The notes beneath the pieces were generated by a model. That model made no database searches, was not told where the DNA came from, and worked only from the letters and a program-made list of their open reading frames with translations. Source: Dehalococcoidia bacterium (GTDB taxonomy: Bacteria; Chloroflexota; Dehalococcoidia; UBA2979). From it: DNA of 64,000 nucleotides. The position numbers and the translations under genes were made by a program. Where the stretch lies: positions 96,001 through 160,000 of the forward strand of contig CAXXDN010000001.1 in NCBI GenBank assembly GCA_963667465.2, read 5' to 3'. Below, piece by piece: positions 50,698 to 60,437 of this stretch (its first letter is position 1; every line of letters begins with the position of its first letter).

Positions 50698-50849
50698 GCC
50701 TCGAGGCGGGCGCGCCGCCCGCGATTCCGCGGCGAGCCGTATACTGAGTCCAGCCCCGATTCCGGCCCACACCCACAAGGCCGCATCGCGAGCGCGACCG
50801 CCGCGTCGCGGGCCCGTCCCGGCATCGGGCGTGAGTAGAGGAGGAGCCA

Positions 50850-51296
50850 GTGCCAAGCGACCGTGAGTTGACCTGCCGCGACTGCGGCGCGAGCTTCGTC
50901 TTCACCGCCGGCGAGCAGGAGTTCTACGCCAGCAAGGGCCTGCAGCACGACCCCGTGCGCTGCCCCGCCTGCCGCGCCAACCGCAAGGCGATGCGCCCCG
51001 AGGACCGCGAACTCGCCCCCAGCTACGGCACCTACGTCTCCTGGGGCGGCCGTACCCCGCGCCAGCTCCACGTCGCCAACTGCGCCAAGTGCCAGCAGAC
51101 GACCGAGGTGCCGTTCCTGCCTCGAGGCGACCGGCCCGTCTTCTGCTCCGGCTGCTACAACTCCGTGCGCGAGGAGCAGGAAGCGGACGAGGAAGCCGCC
51201 GCCGCGCGGCTCGCCGCCCAGATCTCCGGCAGCGGCCACCAGTCCGAACGCCCCGAGGGCGCCGGACCCACCTCGCCCGTCTCGCTGAGTTCCTAG
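50850..51296 (+). CDS. Double zinc-ribbon (CxxC-x17-CxxC) protein
   Basis: LTCRDCGASFVFTAGEQEFY...RCPACR; CAKC...VPF.P...PVFCSGC. Confidence 0.9.
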   Translation: MPSDRELTCRDCGASFVFTAGEQEFYASKGLQHDPVRCPACRANRKAMRPEDRELAPSYGTYVSWGGRTPRQLHVANCAKCQQTTEVPFLPRGDRPVFCSGCYNSVREEQEADEEAAAARLAAQISGSGHQSERPEGAGPTSPVSLSS

Positions 51297-51324
51297 CCCG
51301 CCCCCCCTCCACCGGGGTAGTCCG

Positions 51325-51362
51325 GCCCCCCGCTCCCCTCGCGGGAGCGGGCGGGGGTGAAC
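51325..51362. repeat. BoxC-like repeat copy
   Basis: CCCCCCGCTCCCCTCGCGGGAGCGGGCGGGGGTGA. Confidence 0.65.
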
Positions 51363-51538
51363 CCGACCTTGGAGGGCGCTCCGGCTCTCTTCCCCGGCCA
51401 GCGGCCACACGGGCGTTGCGAGGGCGCGGCGACAGTTTCGGGAACCCAGCGGCCCCGCCCTCTCCCCAACACGAGCGCAACGCCGCACGCGGCGCGCCGT
51501 TGATCGCCGCGCGATCGCGGCCATAGACTCGACAGACA

Positions 51539-51848
51539 GGCTGAGACGGAGAGAGTAGGCCGCCGCAGCCGGCTGCCAAGCGAGTCCGGGACGGTGCGAG
51601 CCGGACGCAGCCGCGACGGGTGAAGATCACTCCTGAGCCGCCGACCGAACACAGCGGGCGCCTCGCAACCCTCGAGGCCCCACGTCAGTAGGCTCGGCCG
51701 GAGCGCCCACCGTTAGCAGGGGCAGCGCCCTCCGGGTTCGCCGGACGGCGCGTGAAGCGGCGTCGCCTGCCGGCAGCGGGCCGGGCGCGACGCAACGCGG
51801 GTGGTACCGCGGGCAGCCACGCCCGTCCCGCAAGGGGCGGGCGCTTTG
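51539..51848 (+). promoter_or_regulatory. Ile T-box riboswitch
   Basis: Stem I with GAAG-ATC specifier (51626-51628), T-box AACGCGGGTGGTACCGCG (51794-51811), terminator CGCCCGTCCC-GCAA-GGGGCGGGCG-CTTT; TTGATC/TAGACT promoter at 51500-51529. Confidence 0.92.
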
Positions 51849-51887
51849 ACGTCCCCGCAGCGATCGCGGCATGCGAGGAGAGCCACC

Positions 51888-54800
51888 ATGACCGTCGAGG
51901 CGGCGCGCACGCAGTTCGAACCGGCGCCCTCGCGCGTCTCCTTCCCCGATCTCGAGCAGGAGATCCTCGAGTTCTGGCGCGAGCAGCGCGTCTTCGAGCG
52001 CAGCATCGAGGAGCGCCCCGCCGACCGCCTCTTCTCTTTCTACGAGGGCCCGCCGACCGCGAACGGGACGCCCGGCGTCCACCACGTGCTCGCGCGCGTC
52101 TTCAAGGACCTGATCCCGCGCTACAAAACCATGCGCGGCTACCGCGCGCCCCGGAAGGGCGGCTGGGACACGCACGGCCTGCCCGTCGAGCTCGAGGTGG
52201 AGCGCGAACTGGGCCTGCGCAACAAGCGCGAGATCGAGGAGTACGGCGTCGCCGCCTTCAACGAGCAGTGCCGTCAGTCCGTCTTCCGCTACGTCGCCGA
52301 CTGGGAGCGGATGACCGACCGCGTCGGCTGCTGGATCGACATGGCCGACGCCTACGTCACCTACTCCAACGACTACATCGAGAGCTGCTGGTGGATCTTC
52401 CGGCAGCTCTGGGACCGCGACCTGATCTTCCGCGACTACCGCGTGACCCCGCACTGCCCGCGCTGCGGCACCAGCCTCTCCAGCCACGAGATCGCCCTCG
52501 GCTACCGCGAGGACACCCCGGACCCCAGCGTCACCGTGCTCTTCGGGCTGAAGGCGGGAGCCGCCGAGGACTCCCCCAACGTTGGAGCCGACCCCGCGCT
52601 GCGCCTCGGCGACGGCGTGCCCACCTACGTCGTCGCCTGGACGACCACCCCGTGGACGCTGCCCGGCAACACCGCGCTCGCCGTCTCGGCCGAGGCCGAG
52701 TACGCGCTCGTCGAGGACGGCGAGCGGCGGCTGCTCCTCGCGAGCGACCGGGTGCGTGCCGTGCTGCCCGGCGACGGCGACCCGATCGTGCTCGCGCGCG
52801 TCCCCGGCGCGGCGCTCGCCGGGCTGGAGTACGAGCCGCTCTTCGAGTCGCGCGAGTGGGAGGGCGTCGAGACGCTCGCCTTCGAGGACGGCCACACCCA
52901 GCACGTTGAGCCGTCCGAGGCGCCCGCCCGCCGCGTCGTCGCCGCCGACTTCGTGGCGACCGACGACGGCACGGGCGTGGTGCACATCGCCCCGGCCTTC
53001 GGCGAGGAGGACTACGCGCTCGGCCGCGAGGAGGGGCTGACCTTCCTCGAGCCGGTCGCACTCGACGGCGCGTTCACTGGCGGGCCGTGGGCGGGGCAGT
53101 TCGTGAAGGACGCCGACCCGGCGATCGAGGCGGACCTCGAGGCGCGCGGGCTGCTGCTGGCGAGCGAGACGATCCGCCACACCTACCCGTTCTGCTGGCG
53201 CTGCGACACCCCGGTCCTCTACTACGCCAAGCCCAGTTGGTACATCCGCACGACCGCCGTCCGCGACCGGCTGGTCGCGAACAACCAGGACATCCGCTGG
53301 GTGCCCGGCCACATCCGCGACGGCCGCTTCGGCGAATGGCTCGACGGCAACGTCGACTGGGCGCTCTCGCGCGAGCGCTACTGGGGCACGCCGCTGCCCT
53401 TCTGGGGCTGCACGGCCTGCCGCCGCACGGACTGCATCGGCTCTTTCGAGGAGCTGGCCGAGCGCGGCGGCCTCAAGGGCCCGCCCGAGGACCCACACCG
53501 CCCGTACATCGACGAGGTCACCCTCGACTGCCCCGACTGCGGCGGCGAGATGCGCCGCACGCCCGAGGTCGCCGACGCCTGGTTCGACTCCGGGGCGATG
53601 CCCTACGCGCAGTGGCACTACCCGTTCGAGAACCGCGAGGTCTTCGACACGCGCTTCCCGGCCGACTTCATCTGCGAGGCCGTCGACCAGACGCGCGGCT
53701 GGTTCTACACCCTCCATGCCCTCGCCACGCTGCTCAACGCGATCGAGGAGGCGCCCGCGGGCGTCGCCTTCCGCAACGTGATCAGCGTCGGTCTGATCGA
53801 GGACGGCGAGGGCCAGAAGATGTCCAAGTCGCGCGGCAACGTCGTCGACCCGTGGGAGGTGATCGACGCCCATGGCGCGGACGCGCTGCGCTGGTACATG
53901 TACGCCGCCGCGCCGCCCGGCAATTCGCGCCGCTTCTCCTCGGAGCTCGTCGGAGAGGCCTCGCGGCGCGTGCTCTCCACGCTCTGGAACACCTACTCGT
54001 TCTTCGTCACCTACGCGAACATCGCCGGCTTCGACCCCGCAGACCCGCCGCCCGAGGGCGCGCGCAGCGAGCTCGACCGCTGGGTGCGCTCCGAGCTGCA
54101 CGCCACGATCCGCAAGGTCACGGACGCCCTCGACGCCTACGAGCCGCTCGAGGGCGCACGCCCGATCGCCGAGCTGATCGACCAGCTCTCGAACTGGTAC
54201 GTGCGGCGCAGCCGGCGGCGCTTCTGGAAGTCGGACGACTCGGCCGACACGCAGGCGGCGCTGCACACGCTCTACGAGTGCCTGACCACGATCGCGCGCC
54301 TGCTCGCCCCCTTCACGCCGTTCCTCGCCGAGGCGCTGCACCGCAACCTCGAGGCGGGCCGCACGCCCGGCGCGGCGGACTCGGTGCACCTCGAACCGTG
54401 GCCCGAGGCCGAGGCAGATGCGATCGACGAGCAGCTCGGGCGCGACATCGCGGTCGTGCAGCGCATGGTCTCGCTCGCTCGCGCCGCCCGCTCGAAGGCC
54501 GGCATCAAGGTGCGCCAGCCGCTGGCGAGCGCCGTGCTGACGCCACGCTCTGCCGAGGAACGAGCCTCCCTCGCGCGCCACACCGGGCAGATCGCGGACG
54601 AGCTCAACGTCAAGGCCGTCACCATCGAGGAGACGCCGGGCGACCGCGTGCGCTACACGATCACGCCCAACCTGCCCGTGCTCGGCCCGATCCACGGGCG
54701 CGAGCTGCCCGCCGTGCGCGCCGCCATCGCCGACCTCGACCCCGCCGCTACGGCAGCTACGATGCGCGCCGGCCAGCCCGTCGAGGCGGGCGGCTACACG

Positions 54801-55298
54801 ATCGAGCCCGGCGGGCTGCGCGTCGCCGTCGAGGCGGCCGAGGGCTGGAGCGCCGCCGAGGATGGCGGCCACCTGGCGCTCGTCGCGACGGAGCTGAGCG
54901 CGGAGCTCGCCGCCGAGGGGCTGGCGCGCGACCTCGTGCGCCACCTGCAGGAGCGGCGCCGCAGGGACGGGCTCGAAGTCAGCGACCGCATCCACGTCCG
55001 CTTCGAGGGCGCCGACTCGATCGCTGCCGTCGCGGCGGCGCACGGCGACTACATCACCGCAGAGACACTCGCTCGTTCGCTGGAGCACGGGCTCGATAGC
55101 GTCCCTGGGGACGTGGAAGTCACAGAAATGACGGTCACCACCGAGGTGAGCCTGTCGGCCACCGGCGTGGCCGGTGTCGGGCAGAGCGGATCAGTGAATC
55201 TCCAGGTTGTCCCGCCCGAGAGCCCCGCCGCGGCTCCACCTGCCGCCCCCCTGGAACACCTCGTCAAGTTCGCGCTGTGGAAGGCGGAGCCGGCCTGA
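51888..55298 (+). CDS. ileS: Isoleucine--tRNA ligase, type 2
   Basis: FYEGPPTANG, GWDTHGLPVE, WTTTPWTLP, DWALSRERYWGTP, DQTRGWFY, KMSKS. Confidence 0.97.
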   Translation: MTVEAARTQFEPAPSRVSFPDLEQEILEFWREQRVFERSIEERPADRLFSFYEGPPTANGTPGVHHVLARVFKDLIPRYKTMRGYRAPRKGGWDTHGLPVELEVERELGLRNKREIEEYGVAAFNEQCRQSVFRYVADWERMTDRVGCWIDMADAYVTYSNDYIESCWWIFRQLWDRDLIFRDYRVTPHCPRCGTSLSSHEIALGYREDTPDPSVTVLFGLKAGAAEDSPNVGADPALRLGDGVPTYVVAWTTTPWTLPGNTALAVSAEAEYALVEDGERRLLLASDRVRAVLPGDGDPIVLARVPGAALAGLEYEPLFESREWEGVETLAFEDGHTQHVEPSEAPARRVVAADFVATDDGTGVVHIAPAFGEEDYALGREEGLTFLEPVALDGAFTGGPWAGQFVKDADPAIEADLEARGLLLASETIRHTYPFCWRCDTPVLYYAKPSWYIRTTAVRDRLVANNQDIRWVPGHIRDGRFGEWLDGNVDWALSRERYWGTPLPFWGCTACRRTDCIGSFEELAERGGLKGPPEDPHRPYIDEVTLDCPDCGGEMRRTPEVADAWFDSGAMPYAQWHYPFENREVFDTRFPADFICEAVDQTRGWFYTLHALATLLNAIEEAPAGVAFRNVISVGLIEDGEGQKMSKSRGNVVDPWEVIDAHGADALRWYMYAAAPPGNSRRFSSELVGEASRRVLSTLWNTYSFFVTYANIAGFDPADPPPEGARSELDRWVRSELHATIRKVTDALDAYEPLEGARPIAELIDQLSNWYVRRSRRRFWKSDDSADTQAALHTLYECLTTIARLLAPFTPFLAEALHRNLEAGRTPGAADSVHLEPWPEAEADAIDEQLGRDIAVVQRMVSLARAARSKAGIKVRQPLASAVLTPRSAEERASLARHTGQIADELNVKAVTIEETPGDRVRYTITPNLPVLGPIHGRELPAVRAAIADLDPAATAATMRAGQPVEAGGYTIEPGGLRVAVEAAEGWSAAEDGGHLALVATELSAELAAEGLARDLVRHLQERRRRDGLEVSDRIHVRFEGADSIAAVAAAHGDYITAETLARSLEHGLDSVPGDVEVTEMTVTTEVSLSATGVAGVGQSGSVNLQVVPPESPAAAPPAAPLEHLVKFALWKAEPA

Positions 55299-56410
55299 TG
55301 GCGGCCTCGGCGGACGAGCGGACGCTCATCTGGTGCACCGGCATCAGCGGCTCGCAGCGCACGGACTACGTCAACGAGGCCGCCGCGGCGATCCGCGCCG
55401 AGGGCCGTACGTGCCTGGTGATCGACATCGGCGACCTGCTGGAGCAGGTGCCGGAACACCTCAAGGTCGGCGCGAGCCGCACGGAGCTGCTCGACGGCAA
55501 CGAGGACGTGCTGCGGCTGCATCGCTCCTACGCGCTGCAGAACATGCTGCGCATGATCGAGGAGACCGAGGCCGACGTGGTGCTCGTCTCCACGCACGCC
55601 TGCTTCATGCGCAACGGCCGGCTGATGCCCGGCCTCGACATGCACTTCATCAAGGAGCACTTCGCCGGGCGCATCTCCGCCTTCGCGACGGTGGTGCTGG
55701 ACACGCCGGACGTGTGGCAGGCGCTGGCGCAGCGGCCAGAGTGGGCGGGCCGCCTGCGCCTCGCCGAGGTGGCGCAGTGGCGCGACTTCGAGGTGGCGCT
55801 GACGCGCATGCTCGCCGAGTACGAGGGCACGCCCTTCTACCTGCTCGCCCGCCGTGATCCCGCCGAGGGCCTGGCGCGGCTGACCCGCCGCCCGCCCGCG
55901 CCCGCCGCCTACCTCAGCTACCCGATCACCGCGATCCTCCAGTCCGGCAGCACCGAGCTGATCGATGGCGCGCGCACGCTCGCCGCGCGCCTGCGCGACG
56001 AGGCCGGCCTCGTCGTCTTCGACCCGCTCTCGATCGAGGACCTGCCGCAGACGAAGGAAGGCGCGCCGCCGCATGAGACGCGCGCGGACGACAACGGCGG
56101 CGCGCCCGCGATCAGCGCCGAGATGGAGCACGAGGCCGAGCCATACCTCGTGAGCCACACCGTGGCGACAGACCTGCAGTTGATCGACCAGGCGGACATG
56201 GTGGTCGTCTACTACCCGACCGACAAAGTCTCGCCGGGCGTGTTCACGGAGATGTCGCACGCCCGCGACCGCCGCAAGCCGCTCTACCTCTGCGAGTTCC
56301 CCGGCTCCCCGGAGCGCGTCAGTCCCTTCCTCGGGCTCTTCCATACCGCCTCGTTCGAGTCGGTCGACGGCCTGATCGAGCACCTGCAGAGTAAGCAGCA
56401 GGCGGGCTGA
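55298..56410 (+). CDS. Two-domain protein: archaeal AdkA-like kinase fold + nucleoside 2-deoxyribosyltransferase-like domain
   Basis: TGISGSQRT, STHACF...PGLD; YLSYPIT..VFDP..DLQLIDQADMVVV..SPGVFTE; TGATG coupling to ileS. Confidence 0.6.
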   Translation: MAASADERTLIWCTGISGSQRTDYVNEAAAAIRAEGRTCLVIDIGDLLEQVPEHLKVGASRTELLDGNEDVLRLHRSYALQNMLRMIEETEADVVLVSTHACFMRNGRLMPGLDMHFIKEHFAGRISAFATVVLDTPDVWQALAQRPEWAGRLRLAEVAQWRDFEVALTRMLAEYEGTPFYLLARRDPAEGLARLTRRPPAPAAYLSYPITAILQSGSTELIDGARTLAARLRDEAGLVVFDPLSIEDLPQTKEGAPPHETRADDNGGAPAISAEMEHEAEPYLVSHTVATDLQLIDQADMVVVYYPTDKVSPGVFTEMSHARDRRKPLYLCEFPGSPERVSPFLGLFHTASFESVDGLIEHLQSKQQAG

Positions 56411-56434
56411 ACCGGGCAACGAGGCGGGCGGTCG

Positions 56435-57316
56435 TCAGCCGTCGCGACGGCGGCGCGAGGCCTCGGCGGCGAACTCCGCGCCGAAGAGCAGGATCAGCGA
56501 GCTGACGAAGACCCAGGCGAGCAGCGCGATCACGCCGCCGAGCGAGCCGTAGACGAGGTCGTAGGTGGCGAAGTTCTCGAAGTAGATCGCGAAGCCGAAC
56601 GTGCCGACCTGCAACCCGACGGTCGCAGTCAGCGCCCCCGGCCAGAGATCGGCCGCGCGCAGCGAGCGGTTGGGCAGCAAGAGATAGAGCAGCAGCAGCC
56701 CGACGAAGCTGAGCAGCGCCGGGATCGCGATCGCCCCGAGCTCCCAGAACAGCGTCAACTCCTCGAGCGGCCCGATGTTGCCTGCCAGCGCCTGCACGAA
56801 GCGCCAGACTGTGGAAAGCAGCAGCGAGGTGATGAACAGCAGGCCGAGCACCGGCAGCACCGTCATGTCGACCAGCCAGCCGACCAGCAACGGACGCTGC
56901 TCCTCCGCCCGGAAGATGACGTTGAGCGACCCTCGCAGCGAGCGGGCCAGCGCGGTGGCGGCAATCACGGTGCCGACCAGAGCGAACGCCCCGATGCTCG
57001 CACTCCGGCCCGCGACGTTGCTGACCGCCTCCTCGATCGTCGGCGCCTCGATGGGAAGCGCGGCGACGATCTCGGCCAGCACGCGCTGCTGCAGTTCCTC
57101 GTCGCGCAACACCACGCCGAAGCTGGCGAGCGCGAGCAGCAGGAAGGGGAAGATCGAGAGCAACGCGAAGTAGGAGAGCGACGCCGCCATCTGCGGGGCA
57201 CGATTGCGGCCGAAGTTGAAGGCCGCATGCCACAGCACCAGCACCCAGTGCATGACCGAAGCCGGGAGGCGAGCGACCCAATCGGCAATCGTCGCGGCGA
57301 GCGTTCCTCCAGGCAT
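56435..57316 (-). CDS. YihY/BrkB family membrane protein
   Basis: AASLSYFALLSIFP, LYLLLPN, YGSLGGVIALL.W...LFGAE. Confidence 0.9.
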   Translation of the reverse strand: MPGGTLAATIADWVARLPASVMHWVLVLWHAAFNFGRNRAPQMAASLSYFALLSIFPFLLLALASFGVVLRDEELQQRVLAEIVAALPIEAPTIEEAVSNVAGRSASIGAFALVGTVIAATALARSLRGSLNVIFRAEEQRPLLVGWLVDMTVLPVLGLLFITSLLLSTVWRFVQALAGNIGPLEELTLFWELGAIAIPALLSFVGLLLLYLLLPNRSLRAADLWPGALTATVGLQVGTFGFAIYFENFATYDLVYGSLGGVIALLAWVFVSSLILLFGAEFAAEASRRRRDG

Positions 57317-57435
57317 ACGTGCTCCCTCGCGAGGACCGCGGCCGCACGGAGGCGCCACAGCGCCCGCCTCGACCTTCGCCGCTCGTACGGTGATCCTATG
57401 ATCAGAGCGCACGGCGCGGCCAAGCGAGGAGCACG

Positions 57436-58623
57436 GTGAGCGAACGCCGCAGCGAGGAAGCGCGCACGGAGGGCGACGGCGAGGCGCGCCGGCCGCTGCA
57501 TCGCCGCGTCGTGCTGAAGGTCGGCACCAACCTGCTGACCGGCGGCGGCAATCAGCTCGACCGCGCGATCATGGCGACCATCGCCGACCAGCTCGCCGAG
57601 GTACACGCCGGCGGCGGCGAGGTCGTGTTCGTGACCTCCGGCGCGATCGCCGCCGGACGCGACCGCCTCGCCGCGGCCCGCGGCGGGGACGCGGCGGCCC
57701 GGCTTCCGCACCACCTCACGAAGCGCCAGGTGCTGGCCGCGCTCGGCCAGGGCCCGCTGCTCTCGCTCTGGGACGAGCTGCTCTCCGCACGCTCGATCAC
57801 CATCGCACAGGCACTGCTCGGCGGCGCCGACCTCGCCGACCGCCAGGGCTACCTCAACGCGCGCAACACGCTGCTCGCGCTGCTCGACATCGGCGTCGTG
57901 CCGGTCGTGAACGAGAACGACGTCGTCTCCGTGGAGGAGATTCAGGACGCAACGATCGGCGACAACGACAGCCTCTCCGCGCACGTCGCCAACCTCGTCG
58001 ATGCCGACCTGCTGCTGATGCTCACCGACATCGCCGGTCTCTACAGCGCGGACCCCACCCGCGACGCCGAAGCGCGGCTGATCGAGCGCGTCGATCACAT
58101 CGGCGCGGCGATCGAGGCGGCGGCGCGAGGCCCGGGTGCGCGCGGCCGCGGCGGGATGCGGACCAAGGTGGAGGCCGCCAGGCTGGCCACGCAGTCCGGC
58201 GCGCATGCGGTGATCGCCGACGGCCGCCGCCCGCACGTCGTGCGCGACGCCGTCCTCGGCGAGCCGGTCGGCACCTGGTTCGCGCCGACCACGGACCGCC
58301 TCGAGAGCCGTCGCCGCTACCTGCTCTCGCCGCTGCACGTGCAGGGCTCGATCACGATCGACGCGGGCGCGGTCCGCGCGCTCGTACGACACGGGCGCTC
58401 GCTCCTCCCCGCCGGGATCGTCGCCACCAGCGGCGAGTTCGAGCGCGGCAGCGTCGTCCGCATCGAGAGCCGCGAGGGCGAGCACATCGCGAGCGGCCGC
58501 GTGAACTACGGCGCCGAGGATCTGCGCCGCATCAACGGCGTCCACTCGGACCGCATCGAGGAGCTCCTCGGCTACGACTACGGCGACGAGGCCGTGCACC
58601 GCGACAACCTGGTGCTGCTCTGA
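57436..58623 (+). CDS. proB: Glutamate 5-kinase
   Basis: VLKVGT, SGAIAAG, NENDVV, GDND, GGMRTK, PUA domain. Confidence 0.96.
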   Translation: MSERRSEEARTEGDGEARRPLHRRVVLKVGTNLLTGGGNQLDRAIMATIADQLAEVHAGGGEVVFVTSGAIAAGRDRLAAARGGDAAARLPHHLTKRQVLAALGQGPLLSLWDELLSARSITIAQALLGGADLADRQGYLNARNTLLALLDIGVVPVVNENDVVSVEEIQDATIGDNDSLSAHVANLVDADLLLMLTDIAGLYSADPTRDAEARLIERVDHIGAAIEAAARGPGARGRGGMRTKVEAARLATQSGAHAVIADGRRPHVVRDAVLGEPVGTWFAPTTDRLESRRRYLLSPLHVQGSITIDAGAVRALVRHGRSLLPAGIVATSGEFERGSVVRIESREGEHIASGRVNYGAEDLRRINGVHSDRIEELLGYDYGDEAVHRDNLVLL

Positions 58624-58695
58624 CTGGCTATCGGGCTATCGGGCTATCTGGCTACCGGGGCGACGGCCCGGCCAGCGGCGGATAGACTGATCGCC

Positions 58696-59967
58696 ATGAC
58701 AACGACAGCACAATCCGAGGCCGTCGAGCGAGCCAGCCGCGTACGCGGAGCGAGCCGCCGCCTGGCCACCACACCCGCCGACCGCAAGAACGCGGCCCTC
58801 GAGGCGATCGCCACCGCCCTGGAGGCCCAGACCGACACGATCCTCGCGATCAACGGACCGGAGCTCGAGCGCGCCGAGGCGAACGGCGTCACGGGGTCGT
58901 TCCTGGACCGCATGGAGCTCACTCCGGAGCGCATCGCCGCGCTGGCCGGAGACGTGCGCGCTGTTGCCGACCTGCCCGACCCGGTGGGCCAGATCGAGGA
59001 ACTGCAGACGCGCCCCAACGGCCTGCAGGTGGGACGCATGCGCGTGCCGATCGGCGTGATCGGCGCGATCTACGAGTCGCGCCCCAACGTGACGATCGAC
59101 ATCGCCTCGATCTGCCTCAAGGCGGGCAACGGCGTGCTGCTGCGCTCCGGCAGCGACGCGCACGCAAGCTCCGCGGCGCTGGCCTCGATCGCCGCTCGCG
59201 CCATCGAGCAGGCCGGGTTGCCCGCACACTGCGTCGAGTTCATCCAGTCCACCGACCGCGCCGAGGTTGGCGAGATGCTGCGCGCCGCCGACGAGATCGA
59301 CCTGATGATTCCCCGCGGCGGCGCCGACCTGATCCGGCGCGTCCGCGACGAGGCCACGATGCCCGTCATCGCCGGCGGGATCGGCGTCTGCCACACCTAC
59401 ATCGACGCCGCCGCCGACCTCAAGATGGCGGAGCCGATCGTCGTCAATGCCAAGACGCAACGGCCTTCGGTCTGCAACGCGATGGACACGCTGCTGGTGC
59501 ACCGCGACGTGGCGGCAGAGTTCGTGCCACACATCACCCGCGCGCTCGGCGAGCGGGGCGTCACCGTGCACGCCGACGCGCGCGCCGGAGCGCTCGCCGG
59601 GGAGGCTCCCAACGCCGTACCCGTCGGCGAGGAGGACTACGACCGGGAGTGGCTCTCGCTCGACTGCTCGCTGCGCGTCGTGGACTCGCTCGACGACGCG
59701 CTCGCACACATCGAGGAGCACGGCAGCGGGCACTCCGAGGCGATCGTCAGCGACTCCTACGCCGCGGCGCAGCGCTTCCTGCGCGAGGCGGACGCCGCGG
59801 CGGTCTTCGTCAACGCCTCCACCTACTTCAACGACGGTGCGCAGTTCGGGCTCGGCTGCGAGGTCGGCATCTCGACCGGGAAGCTGCACGCGCGCGGTCC
59901 GATGGGGCTGCGCGAGCTGACCTCGTACAAGTGGGTCGTGCTCGGGCGCGGCCAGATCCGCACCTGA
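58696..59967 (+). CDS. proA: Gamma-glutamyl phosphate reductase
   Basis: IYESRPNV, IPRGG, VCNA, NAST.F.DG, STGKLHARGPMGL. Confidence 0.97.
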   Translation: MTTTAQSEAVERASRVRGASRRLATTPADRKNAALEAIATALEAQTDTILAINGPELERAEANGVTGSFLDRMELTPERIAALAGDVRAVADLPDPVGQIEELQTRPNGLQVGRMRVPIGVIGAIYESRPNVTIDIASICLKAGNGVLLRSGSDAHASSAALASIAARAIEQAGLPAHCVEFIQSTDRAEVGEMLRAADEIDLMIPRGGADLIRRVRDEATMPVIAGGIGVCHTYIDAAADLKMAEPIVVNAKTQRPSVCNAMDTLLVHRDVAAEFVPHITRALGERGVTVHADARAGALAGEAPNAVPVGEEDYDREWLSLDCSLRVVDSLDDALAHIEEHGSGHSEAIVSDSYAAAQRFLREADAAAVFVNASTYFNDGAQFGLGCEVGISTGKLHARGPMGLRELTSYKWVVLGRGQIRT

Positions 59968-60079
59968 CGCCCTCGCAGCGCACGCGGCGAGCGCCTGCGG
60001 CAGCATCGCGGTAAGGTCTCCGCTGAGGGCGCGACACGGCGCGCCCGGCGCACGCCAGCAATCCACCGGGGAGGGTCAG

Positions 60080-60415
60080 ATGGCTGAGTTCCGGTTCACG
60101 CGGGAGGCGCGCACTCCCCACTCCGAGTCCTATCGTGTCGACGACGGCGAGCACGCGATCGCCCGCGCCGACATCCACCTCACCGCGGCCGGCGCGCACG
60201 CCACCCTCGCCGTCCACCAGTCCGTCTCCGACGAAACCCTGCACGACCTCCTCGAGGCGCTCGACGACGAGATCGTCTCCACCGCCGACCCCTACCGCGA
60301 GGACCTGGTCGTCACCGTCTGGCGCGGCGAGGAGGTCGGCGTCTTCGCCGACGACAGCGACGACGAAGACGACGAGGACGAAACCGGGGACGGCGAGGAC
60401 GACGGCTCCTCCTGA
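60080..60415 (+). CDS. Conserved-looking hypothetical protein with acidic tail
   Basis: GGGAGG RBS; strong GC3 codon bias. Confidence 0.75.
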   Translation: MAEFRFTREARTPHSESYRVDDGEHAIARADIHLTAAGAHATLAVHQSVSDETLHDLLEALDDEIVSTADPYREDLVVTVWRGEEVGVFADDSDDEDDEDETGDGEDDGSS

Positions 60416-60437
60416 GCCGCGCCCCGGCGCCACGCCC

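Noticed and set aside
51627-55088. 1153-aa antisense ORF to ileS (likewise 5791-8649, 14044-15660, 20180-22822)
   Set aside because: Shadow ORFs caused by GC3 bias on the opposite strand of clear genes; no motifs.
58626-58660. GGCTATCG 8-bp microsatellite between proB and proA
   Set aside because: Only ~4 degenerate copies with no evident function; noted as low-complexity.
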